Of a stretch of 64,000 nucleotides of DNA, positions 44,668-55,446 are shown piece by piece. A program made the translations under genes and the position numbers. This DNA comes from a virus (lineage: Duplodnaviria > Heunggongvirae > Uroviricota > Caudoviricetes). The DNA lies in the IMG/VR virus record IMGVR_UViG_3300032050_000030; one strand, given 5' to 3'. The notes beneath the pieces were generated by a model. It searched no databases. It had not been told where the DNA came from and saw only the letters and a list, made by a program, of their open reading frames with translations. Within the stretch, counting starts at the first letter, position 1; each line of letters opens with the position of its first letter.

Positions 44668-47600
44668 TATCATCCAAGAGAATAACGCTGCTCGCACTGG
44701 ACTGAACATGGACCAAACGGTCAATCAGATTCAGAAGGGACAGCTTACGTATGCTCTGAACGCAGCATTGGAGAACTTCGATGCTAATTCTGTTAACTAT
44801 CAGAATGAGCCAGGTAATGAATTGTGCTTGAATTTTCCTCAAGACTATCATATAATTGGTAATCATCATATAGTTGAACAAAACAAACACATATTCTTTT
44901 TAACAAATCCAACAACAGGTGCTTCTGAGATTGGATATATGGACAATAATGATTGTGTTTACAAAACACTAATTAATGCTAATTGTCTCAACTTCAATAT
45001 AAATTATCCCATCCATAAAGCTGTACACAAGATTACAAACTGTTCAACAGAAATATATTGGACAGATGGGTTGAATCCAAGAAGATTTATAAATCTCAAT
45101 GATCTACCCTACCAAATCCAACCTGGCACAAGTGTTTGTGATGATATTGTAACTCCTCAGGTAGACTGTAACAAGTTAAAGATTCAGCCAAATTTTGAAA
45201 TTCCAAACCTTGAGGTGGTTGATGTAATTAATGGAGGTAATCTTTTAGCTGGTGCTTACCAATTTGCTATTCAATACTGTGATGTTGCAGGTGATGCCTA
45301 CACATCATATTATTCTGTAACAAACCCTACACCAATTGCAAACCCTCAAATAACCACCCCTGAATACAACTATCCTGTTGGTAAGTCTATAGTGGTAGAC
45401 ATAACAAACATTGACACCACTGGATACTTTCAATACTATAATGTTGCTGTCATTAAAACAATAAATTCCATCACTTCTGTTGAGTTGATTGGTACATATT
45501 TTATTGACGGTTCTACAAACAGCATCACTTACACTGGTCAGAACCAAACTCAAATTAGGCTCACACTTGATGATATATTTGAGAAGTTTCCATATTATGA
45601 TATTGCTCAAGACCTCACTGCTGTACAAGATGTGTTGGTTTGGGACAATCTTACATCAATTGATAGAGTTAACTATCAAAAGATTGCAAATAAGATAACC
45701 CTTAACTGGGAAAGTTGGCGTATACCTGCTAATGAAAATTATGCAGATGAACTGAATGCAACAAACCTAAGGGGATATTTGCGTGATGAGGTGTATGCAT
45801 TTGAGATAGTGTTTCTTTTAAGAAACGGTAACCAAACAGATGGATTTCATATCCCTGGAAGAATTAAGAACATTAATGAGACAGCTCATCCAGATGTACC
45901 TAATACAAATGCAGATTTTGTAGGGGAGCCTGATTACTATGCTGGAGGCATTGGATATAGCCCGTATTGGAAAATATATAACACAGCAAGTGTCACTGGA
46001 AATTCTCCACAGTATTCATCATCTTCTAGTTACAAAGGTCCTTACCAATATGGAGAATTTGCATATTGGGAATCTGAAGAGGTGTATCCTTGTAATGAAG
46101 AAGTTTGGGGAGAACTTGCAAATCAACCAATAAGGCATCATAAATTTCCTGATGTTAATGTAAGTCCAGTATTTGAGAGTGGTTCGTATTCAGTGAGTGG
46201 TCCATTTGATCCAGCAATGATTGATAATGCTGTATTTCCAATTGGCGTAAGAATAGATGTTAGCCAAGTGCAGCAACTTATTGTTCTTTCAGATCTTCCA
46301 CAAGATCAGAAGGATAATATTATTGGATTTAAAATTGTCCGTGGTGATAGATCTACAAATAAATCTATCGTAGCAAAGGGTATTTTAAGAAACGTAGGTA
46401 AGTATAAGAGAGAAGAAACAGATTTCTATTTTCCAAACTATCCATATAATGATCTGAAACCAGATCCATTTTTACTGACAAAGAGTAACGCATTTCTTTC
46501 AGAGTGTAAAAGTTATCAAATTACAGTTACTGCTAGTGGAAGCTATGAATACACAGATTGCTACACTGGAGAACTTGGTGAAAAAAATATGACTGCTGGT
46601 GATGTCATTGAAACATGTTCAATCACTTTACCAAAACTCATCACTGGTTCAGCTACAATCATTCCTACATCTTGGTACACATATGATATTACAACATTAA
46701 CTGGTTCTTCTATTACATGGTTTTGGAGAGAACCAGGAACACTTGCTGTAAAAAGTTGGGTAGTTGCTGCTGGTCAAACTATTACAGTAAAATCTACAAT
46801 ACCACCAAATCCAGTTCCTGCAATTCCTGGAACATTTAGAAGAGTCACTGTAGGAAACATAAATAATCCAATATGTTCTGGAACTGATCTTGATGGTTTT
46901 GATTCAGATGATTCTAAATACAGACACGTTTTTAATTCTCCAGAAACATCATTTGGAAGTCCTTTCCTTGGAAATGTGCTGAAACTTGAGAATGTGATGT
47001 TTGGAGCAGGTAGAGCTCATTTTGTTGAAGTGAAGAAAAATGCAATGTACAAACTCATCACCAAGGAAGCACAGGAAGATGCTCTTGCATCAAGTGAGAA
47101 TATTGCAGTGATGACTGGTACTCTTGATGCAGCTGCAATGTTTGCTGCATATCAATCATATTTGCAGATATATATCAATGGTATCACTAGACAAAACTAT
47201 GGGTATTCGTTTAACTCTATAGCTAATTATGGTTACTCTGCTCCAATTAATAATGATCTAGGAATCAAGCAAAGACAACTAGACATACAACAATATCTTA
47301 TTCCTGGTGTACAGAATGTTGGTGATAACCGTAATGTAAATAATTTCCAGAGAGAATCATCAGTTTATTTAAAAACTGATAAAGATAGAACACCTTTACC
47401 TTTTCCTAGCAAGACACCAAGTATGCTACTTTCTTCTGGTGCAAGTCTTGTTTCTGATAGTTCTAGATTTGTTATATCAGATAAAGGTAACTGTTTGAAT
47501 CCTGCTAAAGAGGAATTAATTAATGTTGTTAGTTACTATGCTTCACTGAAGAACATATTTGTTAACCAGTGGGGTCAAATGTATTCCTATAAAACAATTG

Positions 47601-49360
47601 ATACAGGATTTCAGTCAATCTTTGATGAGATAACATCATCCACCATATTCACAGTTTTTGGTGGAGATACATTCATTACTAGATTCTCATTTAAAACTAA
47701 GCTTCCATTCTTTATTGATAATAGAGTGGGTGCACCTGATGATAGTGACATATTCTATGATGAACTTGGAAATGTTGCCTATCCTAAATACTGGCATTCT
47801 GCAAGATCAATTCTTACTGACTTTGATGTTTCTAGTGGTACAACCCCCACTTTAAAGAATATTATTTCCTATAAATCTCACAACTTTGATTGTCCTAACA
47901 GTCAAGCAGATAATCCAGGAAATATTGGAAGAACATATTACGATGGTAAAATGTACATGTTTGCCTATGGTGTACCTACGTTTTACTGTGAGTCGTCAGT
48001 GAACGTGGACCTTAGGCAAGCATATAATAATAGAGAAGGTGATTTCTGGCCTCATGTTAGTACAGGTATTCCTGATGAATGGTTCCAAGAAAGTTTTGTA
48101 ACAATTGCTCAGGACAACACTTATTATTACAATCCTGGGTTCTCTAAACAAAATGAAGAGAACTTCTTCTCACATCTCCCTGTAAATTGGAATAATAATC
48201 AATGTTTCACAAACTTCCCATTCAGAGCTATTTATTCTGATAGGCAACAAAGTTTTACAGATAACAGGATAAACAGCTGGTTAATCTATCGTCCTGTAAG
48301 TTTCTTTGACTTCCCACAGAATTATGGTAATTTGGTAAGTTTAGATGGTATACAGAATAGAGCTGTGCTTGCCAGGTTTGAGAACAAGAGTTTGTTGTAC
48401 AACACTATGTTGACAATTGACACTAGTAATCCTCAAGCTGCGTATGTAGGAAACGATACATTGTTCAAGAGTGCTCCTCCAATTGATTTTGCAGAAACTG
48501 ATTTAGGATATGTAGGAAGTCAGAACAAGATGCTTCTTAAAATACCTCAAGGACAGATCACTGTAGATGCTAAGAGGGGACAGGTGTTCTTGATTTCAGG
48601 TAATGGTGCTACTGATTTGTCAGCATTTGGTTCAGGAGTTAACAGGTTCTTTACAGACCATTTGGCTTTTGAAATCCTGAGATATTTCCCAAATGTAAAC
48701 ACAGATAACCATTTCAATGGTGTAGGTTTACATGGAGTGTATGATAGCAAGTATGACAGAATTATAATTAGTAAGCTAGATTATATACCGCTTAGGAGTG
48801 ATATTAAATATGATGGTGTAAATGAGGAATTTTACATAGAAACAATCACTCCTCAGGTTCCTTATTCTACGCCAACCACTACTAGCACAACGACACTTGT
48901 TCCTGGAACAACAACCACCACTACAACAATGTCACCAATTGTGGTTCGTACTATAGTAGAATTGACTGATCCTAATTATTTCTGTAACAAATCATGGACT
49001 CTGTCATTCAACTTCAATACAAAAAGTTGGGTGAGTTTCCACAGCTATATCCCTAACTGGTATATTGCTGAGAACAACTTCTTCTACTCTGGTATAAATG
49101 GGGGATGTGATTTAGAAATTTTGGCTATTGAGGAGATACCTACACCATCAACAACCACAACCACTTCTACAATTCCTCCAACCACAACAACAACAAGTAC
49201 AACTACTCAAGCTCCACCAGATTGTGACCTAGATGGAACTGCAGATATAGTGTATACAACAACTACCACTACAACAACTGCTACCCCTCCAGATTGTAAT
49301 CTTGATGGTACAGCTGATGTAATATATACTACCACCACTACAACAACAATAGCACCATAA
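44645..49360 (+). CDS. giant tail/adsorption-apparatus protein (1571 aa) with poly-Thr linkers and C-terminal tandem repeat
   Basis: Uninterrupted 4.7-kb ORF; TTTSTTTLVPGTTTTTTT and TPSTTTTTSTIPPTTTTTSTTT linkers; C-terminal 2x repeat PPDC(D/N)LDGTAD(I/V)(V/I)YTTTTTTT. Confidence 0.5.
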   Translation: MAGEGTTNIIQENNAARTGLNMDQTVNQIQKGQLTYALNAALENFDANSVNYQNEPGNELCLNFPQDYHIIGNHHIVEQNKHIFFLTNPTTGASEIGYMDNNDCVYKTLINANCLNFNINYPIHKAVHKITNCSTEIYWTDGLNPRRFINLNDLPYQIQPGTSVCDDIVTPQVDCNKLKIQPNFEIPNLEVVDVINGGNLLAGAYQFAIQYCDVAGDAYTSYYSVTNPTPIANPQITTPEYNYPVGKSIVVDITNIDTTGYFQYYNVAVIKTINSITSVELIGTYFIDGSTNSITYTGQNQTQIRLTLDDIFEKFPYYDIAQDLTAVQDVLVWDNLTSIDRVNYQKIANKITLNWESWRIPANENYADELNATNLRGYLRDEVYAFEIVFLLRNGNQTDGFHIPGRIKNINETAHPDVPNTNADFVGEPDYYAGGIGYSPYWKIYNTASVTGNSPQYSSSSSYKGPYQYGEFAYWESEEVYPCNEEVWGELANQPIRHHKFPDVNVSPVFESGSYSVSGPFDPAMIDNAVFPIGVRIDVSQVQQLIVLSDLPQDQKDNIIGFKIVRGDRSTNKSIVAKGILRNVGKYKREETDFYFPNYPYNDLKPDPFLLTKSNAFLSECKSYQITVTASGSYEYTDCYTGELGEKNMTAGDVIETCSITLPKLITGSATIIPTSWYTYDITTLTGSSITWFWREPGTLAVKSWVVAAGQTITVKSTIPPNPVPAIPGTFRRVTVGNINNPICSGTDLDGFDSDDSKYRHVFNSPETSFGSPFLGNVLKLENVMFGAGRAHFVEVKKNAMYKLITKEAQEDALASSENIAVMTGTLDAAAMFAAYQSYLQIYINGITRQNYGYSFNSIANYGYSAPINNDLGIKQRQLDIQQYLIPGVQNVGDNRNVNNFQRESSVYLKTDKDRTPLPFPSKTPSMLLSSGASLVSDSSRFVISDKGNCLNPAKEELINVVSYYASLKNIFVNQWGQMYSYKTIDTGFQSIFDEITSSTIFTVFGGDTFITRFSFKTKLPFFIDNRVGAPDDSDIFYDELGNVAYPKYWHSARSILTDFDVSSGTTPTLKNIISYKSHNFDCPNSQADNPGNIGRTYYDGKMYMFAYGVPTFYCESSVNVDLRQAYNNREGDFWPHVSTGIPDEWFQESFVTIAQDNTYYYNPGFSKQNEENFFSHLPVNWNNNQCFTNFPFRAIYSDRQQSFTDNRINSWLIYRPVSFFDFPQNYGNLVSLDGIQNRAVLARFENKSLLYNTMLTIDTSNPQAAYVGNDTLFKSAPPIDFAETDLGYVGSQNKMLLKIPQGQITVDAKRGQVFLISGNGATDLSAFGSGVNRFFTDHLAFEILRYFPNVNTDNHFNGVGLHGVYDSKYDRIIISKLDYIPLRSDIKYDGVNEEFYIETITPQVPYSTPTTTSTTTLVPGTTTTTTTMSPIVVRTIVELTDPNYFCNKSWTLSFNFNTKSWVSFHSYIPNWYIAENNFFYSGINGGCDLEILAIEEIPTPSTTTTTSTIPPTTTTTSTTTQAPPDCDLDGTADIVYTTTTTTTTATPPDCNLDGTADVIYTTTTTTTIAP

Positions 49361-49370
49361 AATATAATAT

Positions 49371-50000
49371 ATGGCACAAACAGTATTGATAACATTAACC
49401 ACAGCTGGTGCTGATACGGGACCATTCAATCTGTATTCAGATGCAGATGGTTATGTTGCAGCATTTGAAACAGGAGTGGCTAAAGCATCTCTTGTATCAG
49501 GATATACATCTATACTTGTTCCTGATGGAGCAAGTATTATAAGAGTGAAGTCAGTTAGTGCACTGTGTACAAACTATATTGATATACCTATTTCAGGAAT
49601 AACAACTACAACTACTAGTAGCAGTAGTACAACAACCACAACAACTTCTCAAGACTTAGTTGATGTGGTGTTGTATGCTAGGCACGATCCAGGAGCTTCC
49701 ACATTCCCTCTATTAGCATTTGCATATTCTGTAGATGGTGGTTCAAGCTGGACAGCTATAGGATCTTCCTTTAGTGACACAAGTTGTACGCAAAGAGCAA
49801 TTATTAACATTCAAAGAAATACAAGCTTGTCTGTAAAGATTACAGAAGATGGAAATGTTAATAATGTATGGCAGAGCGCAAGAAGCACATCAGGATGTCC
49901 TGCATTCTCTGGAACAGCTTGTGCATGGTCTGCTGTGACTAGCAATAATACTATTACTTACTATTTCACTGTAAACGGTGATAACCAAGGAGTTTGTTAA
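49371..50000 (+). CDS. two-domain protein joined by Thr/Ser linker (Ig/BACON-like candidate)
   Basis: 209 aa; ...ITTTTTSSSSTTTTTTSQ... separates two ~90-aa beta-rich domains. Confidence 0.4.
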   Translation: MAQTVLITLTTAGADTGPFNLYSDADGYVAAFETGVAKASLVSGYTSILVPDGASIIRVKSVSALCTNYIDIPISGITTTTTSSSSTTTTTTSQDLVDVVLYARHDPGASTFPLLAFAYSVDGGSSWTAIGSSFSDTSCTQRAIINIQRNTSLSVKITEDGNVNNVWQSARSTSGCPAFSGTACAWSAVTSNNTITYYFTVNGDNQGVC

Positions 50001-50872
50001 TAATGGCTAAAACAATTGTCATAAAGTTAAAAAAGGCTGGAAGTAGACTAAGTATATTCTCAATATCTGATGATAAGGGGAATGTGCTTGCTACTAACGT
50101 ACCTAAGAGTGAGCTCATTTCAGGACTTGCTCTAAGTGTAGATAGTTCTGTGAACGTTGTAGTAGTTAGTTCTTCTGGGAAAGATTGTTGTTCTTATTCA
50201 TGGAACATACCTATTTCAACTGCTACAGTTGAGGAAATCGCAAACATTCAATACACAGAATCAAATACAGCATCTCTCTGGAGACATCTTGCCAATCCTG
50301 TAATATACAATACATATTACGGATGCATCAGACCATACATTATTGAATATCCATTCGCATATCAATATAATGATGAGATTCTTCAGAATGTAAAAGATTA
50401 TACAAAAGCATACACCTATCTTCCTTCAGATGATGGTGTATTTAATGATAATAGGAAAATATCTATCAACGGATATTTCAACAAAGCAGTGTTGTACAAT
50501 GATCAACAGAGTACAGGAATACTTGAACTTGTTGCCAAACCTATGAACAACCTGAAGGAATACTTGAAATATCCTGTATACAACGCTGATAGTAAGACAA
50601 TTACGTATACAAAGAGTGATAATTTCTATCAATATAATACGTTCTGGGGACTAGTAAAAGATAAATCCCTACCTTTGTTTACAAAGAGTTGTGAGTCTAT
50701 GTCTATAGACAAGATTGTAAACCAAGCTAATATGGACTATTCCAAACGCAGTTTCAAAAAAGAACCTCTAAGAGCTAAAGATTTAAAGGTGAGACATATT
50801 CTAGATGACAAATCTAATGTCCACCTAACAAGCCAATTTATTGTTACACCAAGCCAAATCTCTTACAAATAA
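49994..50872 (+). CDS. hypothetical structural protein
   Basis: 292 aa ORF. Confidence 0.4.
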   Translation: MLIMAKTIVIKLKKAGSRLSIFSISDDKGNVLATNVPKSELISGLALSVDSSVNVVVVSSSGKDCCSYSWNIPISTATVEEIANIQYTESNTASLWRHLANPVIYNTYYGCIRPYIIEYPFAYQYNDEILQNVKDYTKAYTYLPSDDGVFNDNRKISINGYFNKAVLYNDQQSTGILELVAKPMNNLKEYLKYPVYNADSKTITYTKSDNFYQYNTFWGLVKDKSLPLFTKSCESMSIDKIVNQANMDYSKRSFKKEPLRAKDLKVRHILDDKSNVHLTSQFIVTPSQISYK

Positions 50873-53800
50873 TGGCAAAGAAGAAAACACAAGGATGGTT
50901 AGATGCCTATGATGATGAGTTACAATTAGGTGGATTTGTCTATCCAACTAACTATGTACCACAAGCAGAGAATGGCATTGAGGGAACAATGGGTGGATTG
51001 ACAGATCAAGGCTTTGATTATAATGGTGCATGGGGTGGTCCTTCTATGCAAAATGGTGGATTGACATTTCTTGAACCAACAAGTAGAAAGTTACCAAAAG
51101 GACATGTTATTCCAAAGATTGATCCTAGTACAGAGTTAGCAATTTCTGTAGGTGGAGAGGATGGAGAACCAGCTTATTTAATTCCATCTTTTAAGTATGG
51201 TAAATATTTAACAGATAAAGATGCTAAAGCTGAATTTAATAAAACAGGAGAACATCTCGGTGGTCCATTTAAAACATGGCAAGAAGCTGATGAGTGGGAA
51301 AGAACAGTGAGACATCCTTATGTAGAGAAAGGACAAAACATTCCTACACCTTTTAGGAGATGGGGGAAAGATTATCAAATGGGTGGAACCCTTCCTGGCT
51401 CTACAGGATTTCAATACGCACGTACAGGAGGAATTCCTTCTAATGGTCCTTATGCAAAGAAGACAAAGGCTAGTGCACAGAATGGTAATTGGTTAAATAA
51501 ACTGATAGCAGAAAATGTATATCCTTATGGTGGATTTGGACACAGTGAATCTGAATATAAAATTGACAACTCTATACAAAGAGGATTAAGTCAACAATTA
51601 AAGGATGGTGAACTAACCTTAAAAGAATATAAAGAAAAAATTGCACAAAATTCATATAATAAAAAAGGAAAAAAGTTATCTGAAACCTGGAATAGAAAAA
51701 TGTCTATGCCAACTGTCGATCCTTCTAATTTAAATGCATCTTATGATGCTTTATATATACATCAAGGATTGCCACAAAAGCATAATTCATTTATTAAATC
51801 ATCTTATAGACCAACAACTTCTAAAGATCCAAATTCTGCATACTATTCTTTGTCTCCAGAATTGGAAAAAGAAATCTTAGAAGATCTAACTACTTATGGA
51901 AATAAAGACTTTATTAAATCTTCTGAAAAAGAAAGAAAGGTTAAAGGTAGTTTAGTTGCTCAAGGAGCTTTGAAGAACTTTAAATATTCAAAAGGTAAAG
52001 ATGAGAAAGGTGATTATATATCGTACTATGATATAAATGATTACGATAATCCTCTAGATTGGGTTGGTAACCCTTTTGAAATATATGGTAGAATATATTT
52101 AGATCCTAAAACAGGAAAACCTAAAATGCAGAATGGTGGAGAAATGAAATACTACCAAGAAGGACTAGATTTCAAACCTAAGACTATCAGTCAGGATGGA
52201 TCAATCATCACTCCATATGGACAGTGGGAATATCCTGGTGAGATTACAACTATCCCCTCCAACAATATTACTATGGAGGGTGTTCCATATCCTGTTCTTG
52301 GTGTGAGTGATACAGGAGAAACAAGGATGATGTATCCTGGTGAGAATTATACATTTGATGGTACATATGTAACAGAATATCCCATGGCAGCACAAGGGAT
52401 AAGTGTAAATAGAGCTGATGAGGCTCCCCTGAAAAAATTAGACCAACTACTGAACTTTACAAATTATAATGACATGGCTAAAGCTAAACAAGGTAAGAAA
52501 TTACCAAAGTACCAAAATTCAGGTAAGCCTTTGAAGGCAGATCTTCAAATGCCTTCGTTCATGAAACCAATTAATCTGAATAAAAAGTCTACACTTGGAT
52601 ATACACCTATTGGTCTTCCTGATAGTAGGTCTGAAGATATAGTGAGTCCATCTGTATACGATATCACTGGAGCAAGTAGATATTATGGAAAATCTCTTGG
52701 TAACAAAAAACCATCCAAGAGTAGCCCAACAGGTGATATTTTAGGAGGTGTACAGAACATTATATCAGGAGCAGCTCAATGGAAAGAAGATGCAACTGAT
52801 GTAAAAAGAGCTAAACAGTGGGGTAAAATTTCTGATCTTGCCGTAAAATCTCTAGCTACAACAGAAAGAGAAAAAAATAAATGGGTTCGTCCAGAAGACT
52901 ACGTACAAAGTTCAAACTATGGAACTGGTAAGAGTGTGCTTGGGTCTGCTGAATATGGTATGCAGGTAGGTGGTAATCTTACAGAGATTCAAAACATGTA
53001 CAATCCTGGTGATTTATATTCTGACTTGGGATATGAACCCATGGAAGAAAGTGATAAAGTTAAACAGTTTCAGACTGGTGGAAACATATTTTCTAATTGG
53101 CAACAGGGATTTCTTGATTTTGGTGCACAAGATGCTGGAACACTTGGTGGTGGAATTGGTAGTTTTCTAGGTGGTGGAAGTGGTCAAGAATCAGGTGCTA
53201 GTAGAACTCTTAGTGGAGTGGGACAGGTTGCTGGAACACTAGTAGGTGGTCCACTTGGTGGGGTGGTAGGAAGTGCCTTAGGTGGAATTGTTGGTGGTGT
53301 TATTGGTGGAGGACAAGAACAAAAAATCAAAGCCCAACAACAAAAAATAAACAATTTTGGACTTCAGCAAAATGTCCTGGGAATGCAAAATAGGCTATCT
53401 GGATATATGGAAGATGGTGGAGGACTCAAATATCTGAGCAATGATTGGCAGCCACAAGTGATTGCTAAGTTTGGTGAATATGATTTGAAAGACTTACTTG
53501 CTCCTCCAAAAGATGCAGATATGCTCAGAGCTGGCGGTCATCTTAAGAATTACACAGAACCCAGTGAAAGGGCTATGCAAACTTACGCAATGGGTGGAGA
53601 TTTACAAATAGATAATAGAGGAGATATAGATTTTATAGGATATAATCCAGAAGCAGCCAAAACAGGAGCTAGTGGATATATAGGAATAACCAGAGGTCCT
53701 TCCCATGATAATGGTGGATTTAACGTAGCTTATGGTGGAAATAAAGTGGAAGTTGAAGGAAATGAAACAGTGATGGAGAAGAAAGAAGGTGGAGTATTAG

Positions 53801-55359
53801 GCTCAGATAAATCTATGTTGATTCTTGGAGATATGTACACTGGACCATTTGGAGAAGAGATTTTAGAGGGTGTTAATGAAAAGGTGGCTAAGAAAGTATT
53901 GAAAGGTAAAAATATCAAAGATGTCAAGTTTAAACATCTTGGTAATGAAGTGGCTAAACTGACTGGAAAATTGAACAAAGCAGAGAGTAAGTTCATAGAT
54001 TTGGCTGACTCCGTAGATGGTGATTCGATTGATGATCAGTTAAAACTAAGTACAGCTAAGGCAGGGGAACTGGGAGTTAAAATGCAATATAAAGAATTGA
54101 ATAAAATTCAGCAAAATGCAGCTGATACCCAAACTGCATACCATGATGCTGCGAAAGAACGTGGATATGATGACACTCCTACATTCCTATCAGATATTAA
54201 AAAGGGTAAAATGAAACAACAAGCAGCTATGGGCAGTAAGTTCTCAATGGCACAAGATGGATATAAAAGTAGGTACGATCTTCAACCTTGGCAGGGTAAT
54301 AAATATGGTCTTGGTAAAAAAACAGCATCACAATTCACTACACAACAATGGGATAAGATTGCTGATGAACTTGGATTTACAGGAAAAGGAAACAAAGAGT
54401 TTCAAAAATTTCTTGTAAACAATCCTAAAACTCTTCCATTTATTATACAAAGACACAAATCTCTTTATGGAAAAGCTCCATTTATAGATGAGCTTCTTGG
54501 AGCAGGGTGGCAAGGTGCTTCTGATTATGACAAAGTTCCTCTTCAAGAAAACCCTATTCAGCCAATTGGAGATATTCCAGAAAAAGTAAAAGAAACTCCT
54601 GGTAGCGTAAAAGTTACTCCTATCAAAAAGCCTTCCACCGCACAAATGTTGTTGAGTCAGGTGCTTCCTTTAATGAGATTTAGTAATCAGGAAGATTTTG
54701 ATTATCGTCAAATTGCACCAGAACTGTATTCCATGGCAACAAATCAGAGAGTACCAGTGCAGGCCCAAACCTATATGCCCCTGCTTGAGGACATCACCTC
54801 AGTGTCTCTCCAGGATCAATTGAATGAAATCCAGGCTCAAACTAATGCTGCTATGAGGCTTACAGGAAACAATCCTGCTGCCCAAGCAGCTATTGCTTCT
54901 CAGGCTGCTGCAGCCAAAAATAAGGTTCTGGGTGAGCAATTGAGAATTAATCAACAGTTGGAGTTGGATACAAAGAGAAGGAATCTTGGTGCTTTGAATG
55001 AGGCAATGCTCAAAAATCTAGCTCTCCGAGATCAGCAGTACGAAAGACAATCCATAGCTGAGTCTAAAACAAAGCAAGAATCTAGAGAAGCTCTTAGTTC
55101 AATAGCTGAAAAAATTGCAAAACATAAGCTGGAAAATAGGACTTTGGGTGTATATGAGAATATGTACAACTACAGATTTGGTCCTAAAGGACAGGCAATT
55201 AACATTAATGCTCCATATGAGTTTTCCACAGATAGGTATGCCTCTACAGATAACCTGATACCAGTTAAAAACACAAAAGGTGACATTATAGAATATAAAG
55301 TAAAAAATGATAATGTGTCCAAGAATGGTTCACTTGTCAAAGCGATCAAAAACTTATAA
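50872..55359 (+). CDS. giant virion protein (1495 aa) with Gly-rich hydrophobic segment; ejection/tape-measure-like candidate
   Basis: Uninterrupted 4.5-kb ORF; GGGIGSFLGGGSGQESGASRTLSGVGQVAGTLVGGPLGGVVGSALGGIVGGVIGGGQ resembles membrane-insertion or tape-measure segments. Confidence 0.4.
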   Translation: MAKKKTQGWLDAYDDELQLGGFVYPTNYVPQAENGIEGTMGGLTDQGFDYNGAWGGPSMQNGGLTFLEPTSRKLPKGHVIPKIDPSTELAISVGGEDGEPAYLIPSFKYGKYLTDKDAKAEFNKTGEHLGGPFKTWQEADEWERTVRHPYVEKGQNIPTPFRRWGKDYQMGGTLPGSTGFQYARTGGIPSNGPYAKKTKASAQNGNWLNKLIAENVYPYGGFGHSESEYKIDNSIQRGLSQQLKDGELTLKEYKEKIAQNSYNKKGKKLSETWNRKMSMPTVDPSNLNASYDALYIHQGLPQKHNSFIKSSYRPTTSKDPNSAYYSLSPELEKEILEDLTTYGNKDFIKSSEKERKVKGSLVAQGALKNFKYSKGKDEKGDYISYYDINDYDNPLDWVGNPFEIYGRIYLDPKTGKPKMQNGGEMKYYQEGLDFKPKTISQDGSIITPYGQWEYPGEITTIPSNNITMEGVPYPVLGVSDTGETRMMYPGENYTFDGTYVTEYPMAAQGISVNRADEAPLKKLDQLLNFTNYNDMAKAKQGKKLPKYQNSGKPLKADLQMPSFMKPINLNKKSTLGYTPIGLPDSRSEDIVSPSVYDITGASRYYGKSLGNKKPSKSSPTGDILGGVQNIISGAAQWKEDATDVKRAKQWGKISDLAVKSLATTEREKNKWVRPEDYVQSSNYGTGKSVLGSAEYGMQVGGNLTEIQNMYNPGDLYSDLGYEPMEESDKVKQFQTGGNIFSNWQQGFLDFGAQDAGTLGGGIGSFLGGGSGQESGASRTLSGVGQVAGTLVGGPLGGVVGSALGGIVGGVIGGGQEQKIKAQQQKINNFGLQQNVLGMQNRLSGYMEDGGGLKYLSNDWQPQVIAKFGEYDLKDLLAPPKDADMLRAGGHLKNYTEPSERAMQTYAMGGDLQIDNRGDIDFIGYNPEAAKTGASGYIGITRGPSHDNGGFNVAYGGNKVEVEGNETVMEKKEGGVLGSDKSMLILGDMYTGPFGEEILEGVNEKVAKKVLKGKNIKDVKFKHLGNEVAKLTGKLNKAESKFIDLADSVDGDSIDDQLKLSTAKAGELGVKMQYKELNKIQQNAADTQTAYHDAAKERGYDDTPTFLSDIKKGKMKQQAAMGSKFSMAQDGYKSRYDLQPWQGNKYGLGKKTASQFTTQQWDKIADELGFTGKGNKEFQKFLVNNPKTLPFIIQRHKSLYGKAPFIDELLGAGWQGASDYDKVPLQENPIQPIGDIPEKVKETPGSVKVTPIKKPSTAQMLLSQVLPLMRFSNQEDFDYRQIAPELYSMATNQRVPVQAQTYMPLLEDITSVSLQDQLNEIQAQTNAAMRLTGNNPAAQAAIASQAAAAKNKVLGEQLRINQQLELDTKRRNLGALNEAMLKNLALRDQQYERQSIAESKTKQESREALSSIAEKIAKHKLENRTLGVYENMYNYRFGPKGQAININAPYEFSTDRYASTDNLIPVKNTKGDIIEYKVKNDNVSKNGSLVKAIKNL

Positions 55360-55369
55360 CTAATTCAGT

Positions 55370-55413
55370 TATACCAACTTAACAGAAACCGTTACAGTCT
55401 CTTGGTTGGTATA
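55370..55413 (+). terminator. long-loop hairpin (tataccaac ... gttggtata) followed by atatttt
   Basis: 9-bp stem, ~26-nt loop, after the stop at 55359. Confidence 0.3.
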
Positions 55414-55446
55414 ATATTTTAAATTAAATTTGCTAACTTAATACTC

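Noticed and set aside
49204-49360. Diversity-generating retroelement targeting the C-terminal repeat of the 1571-aa protein
   Set aside because: There is no reverse transcriptase (YxDD) ORF, Avd-like gene or template repeat anywhere in the window. The repeat is better explained by simple tandem duplication.
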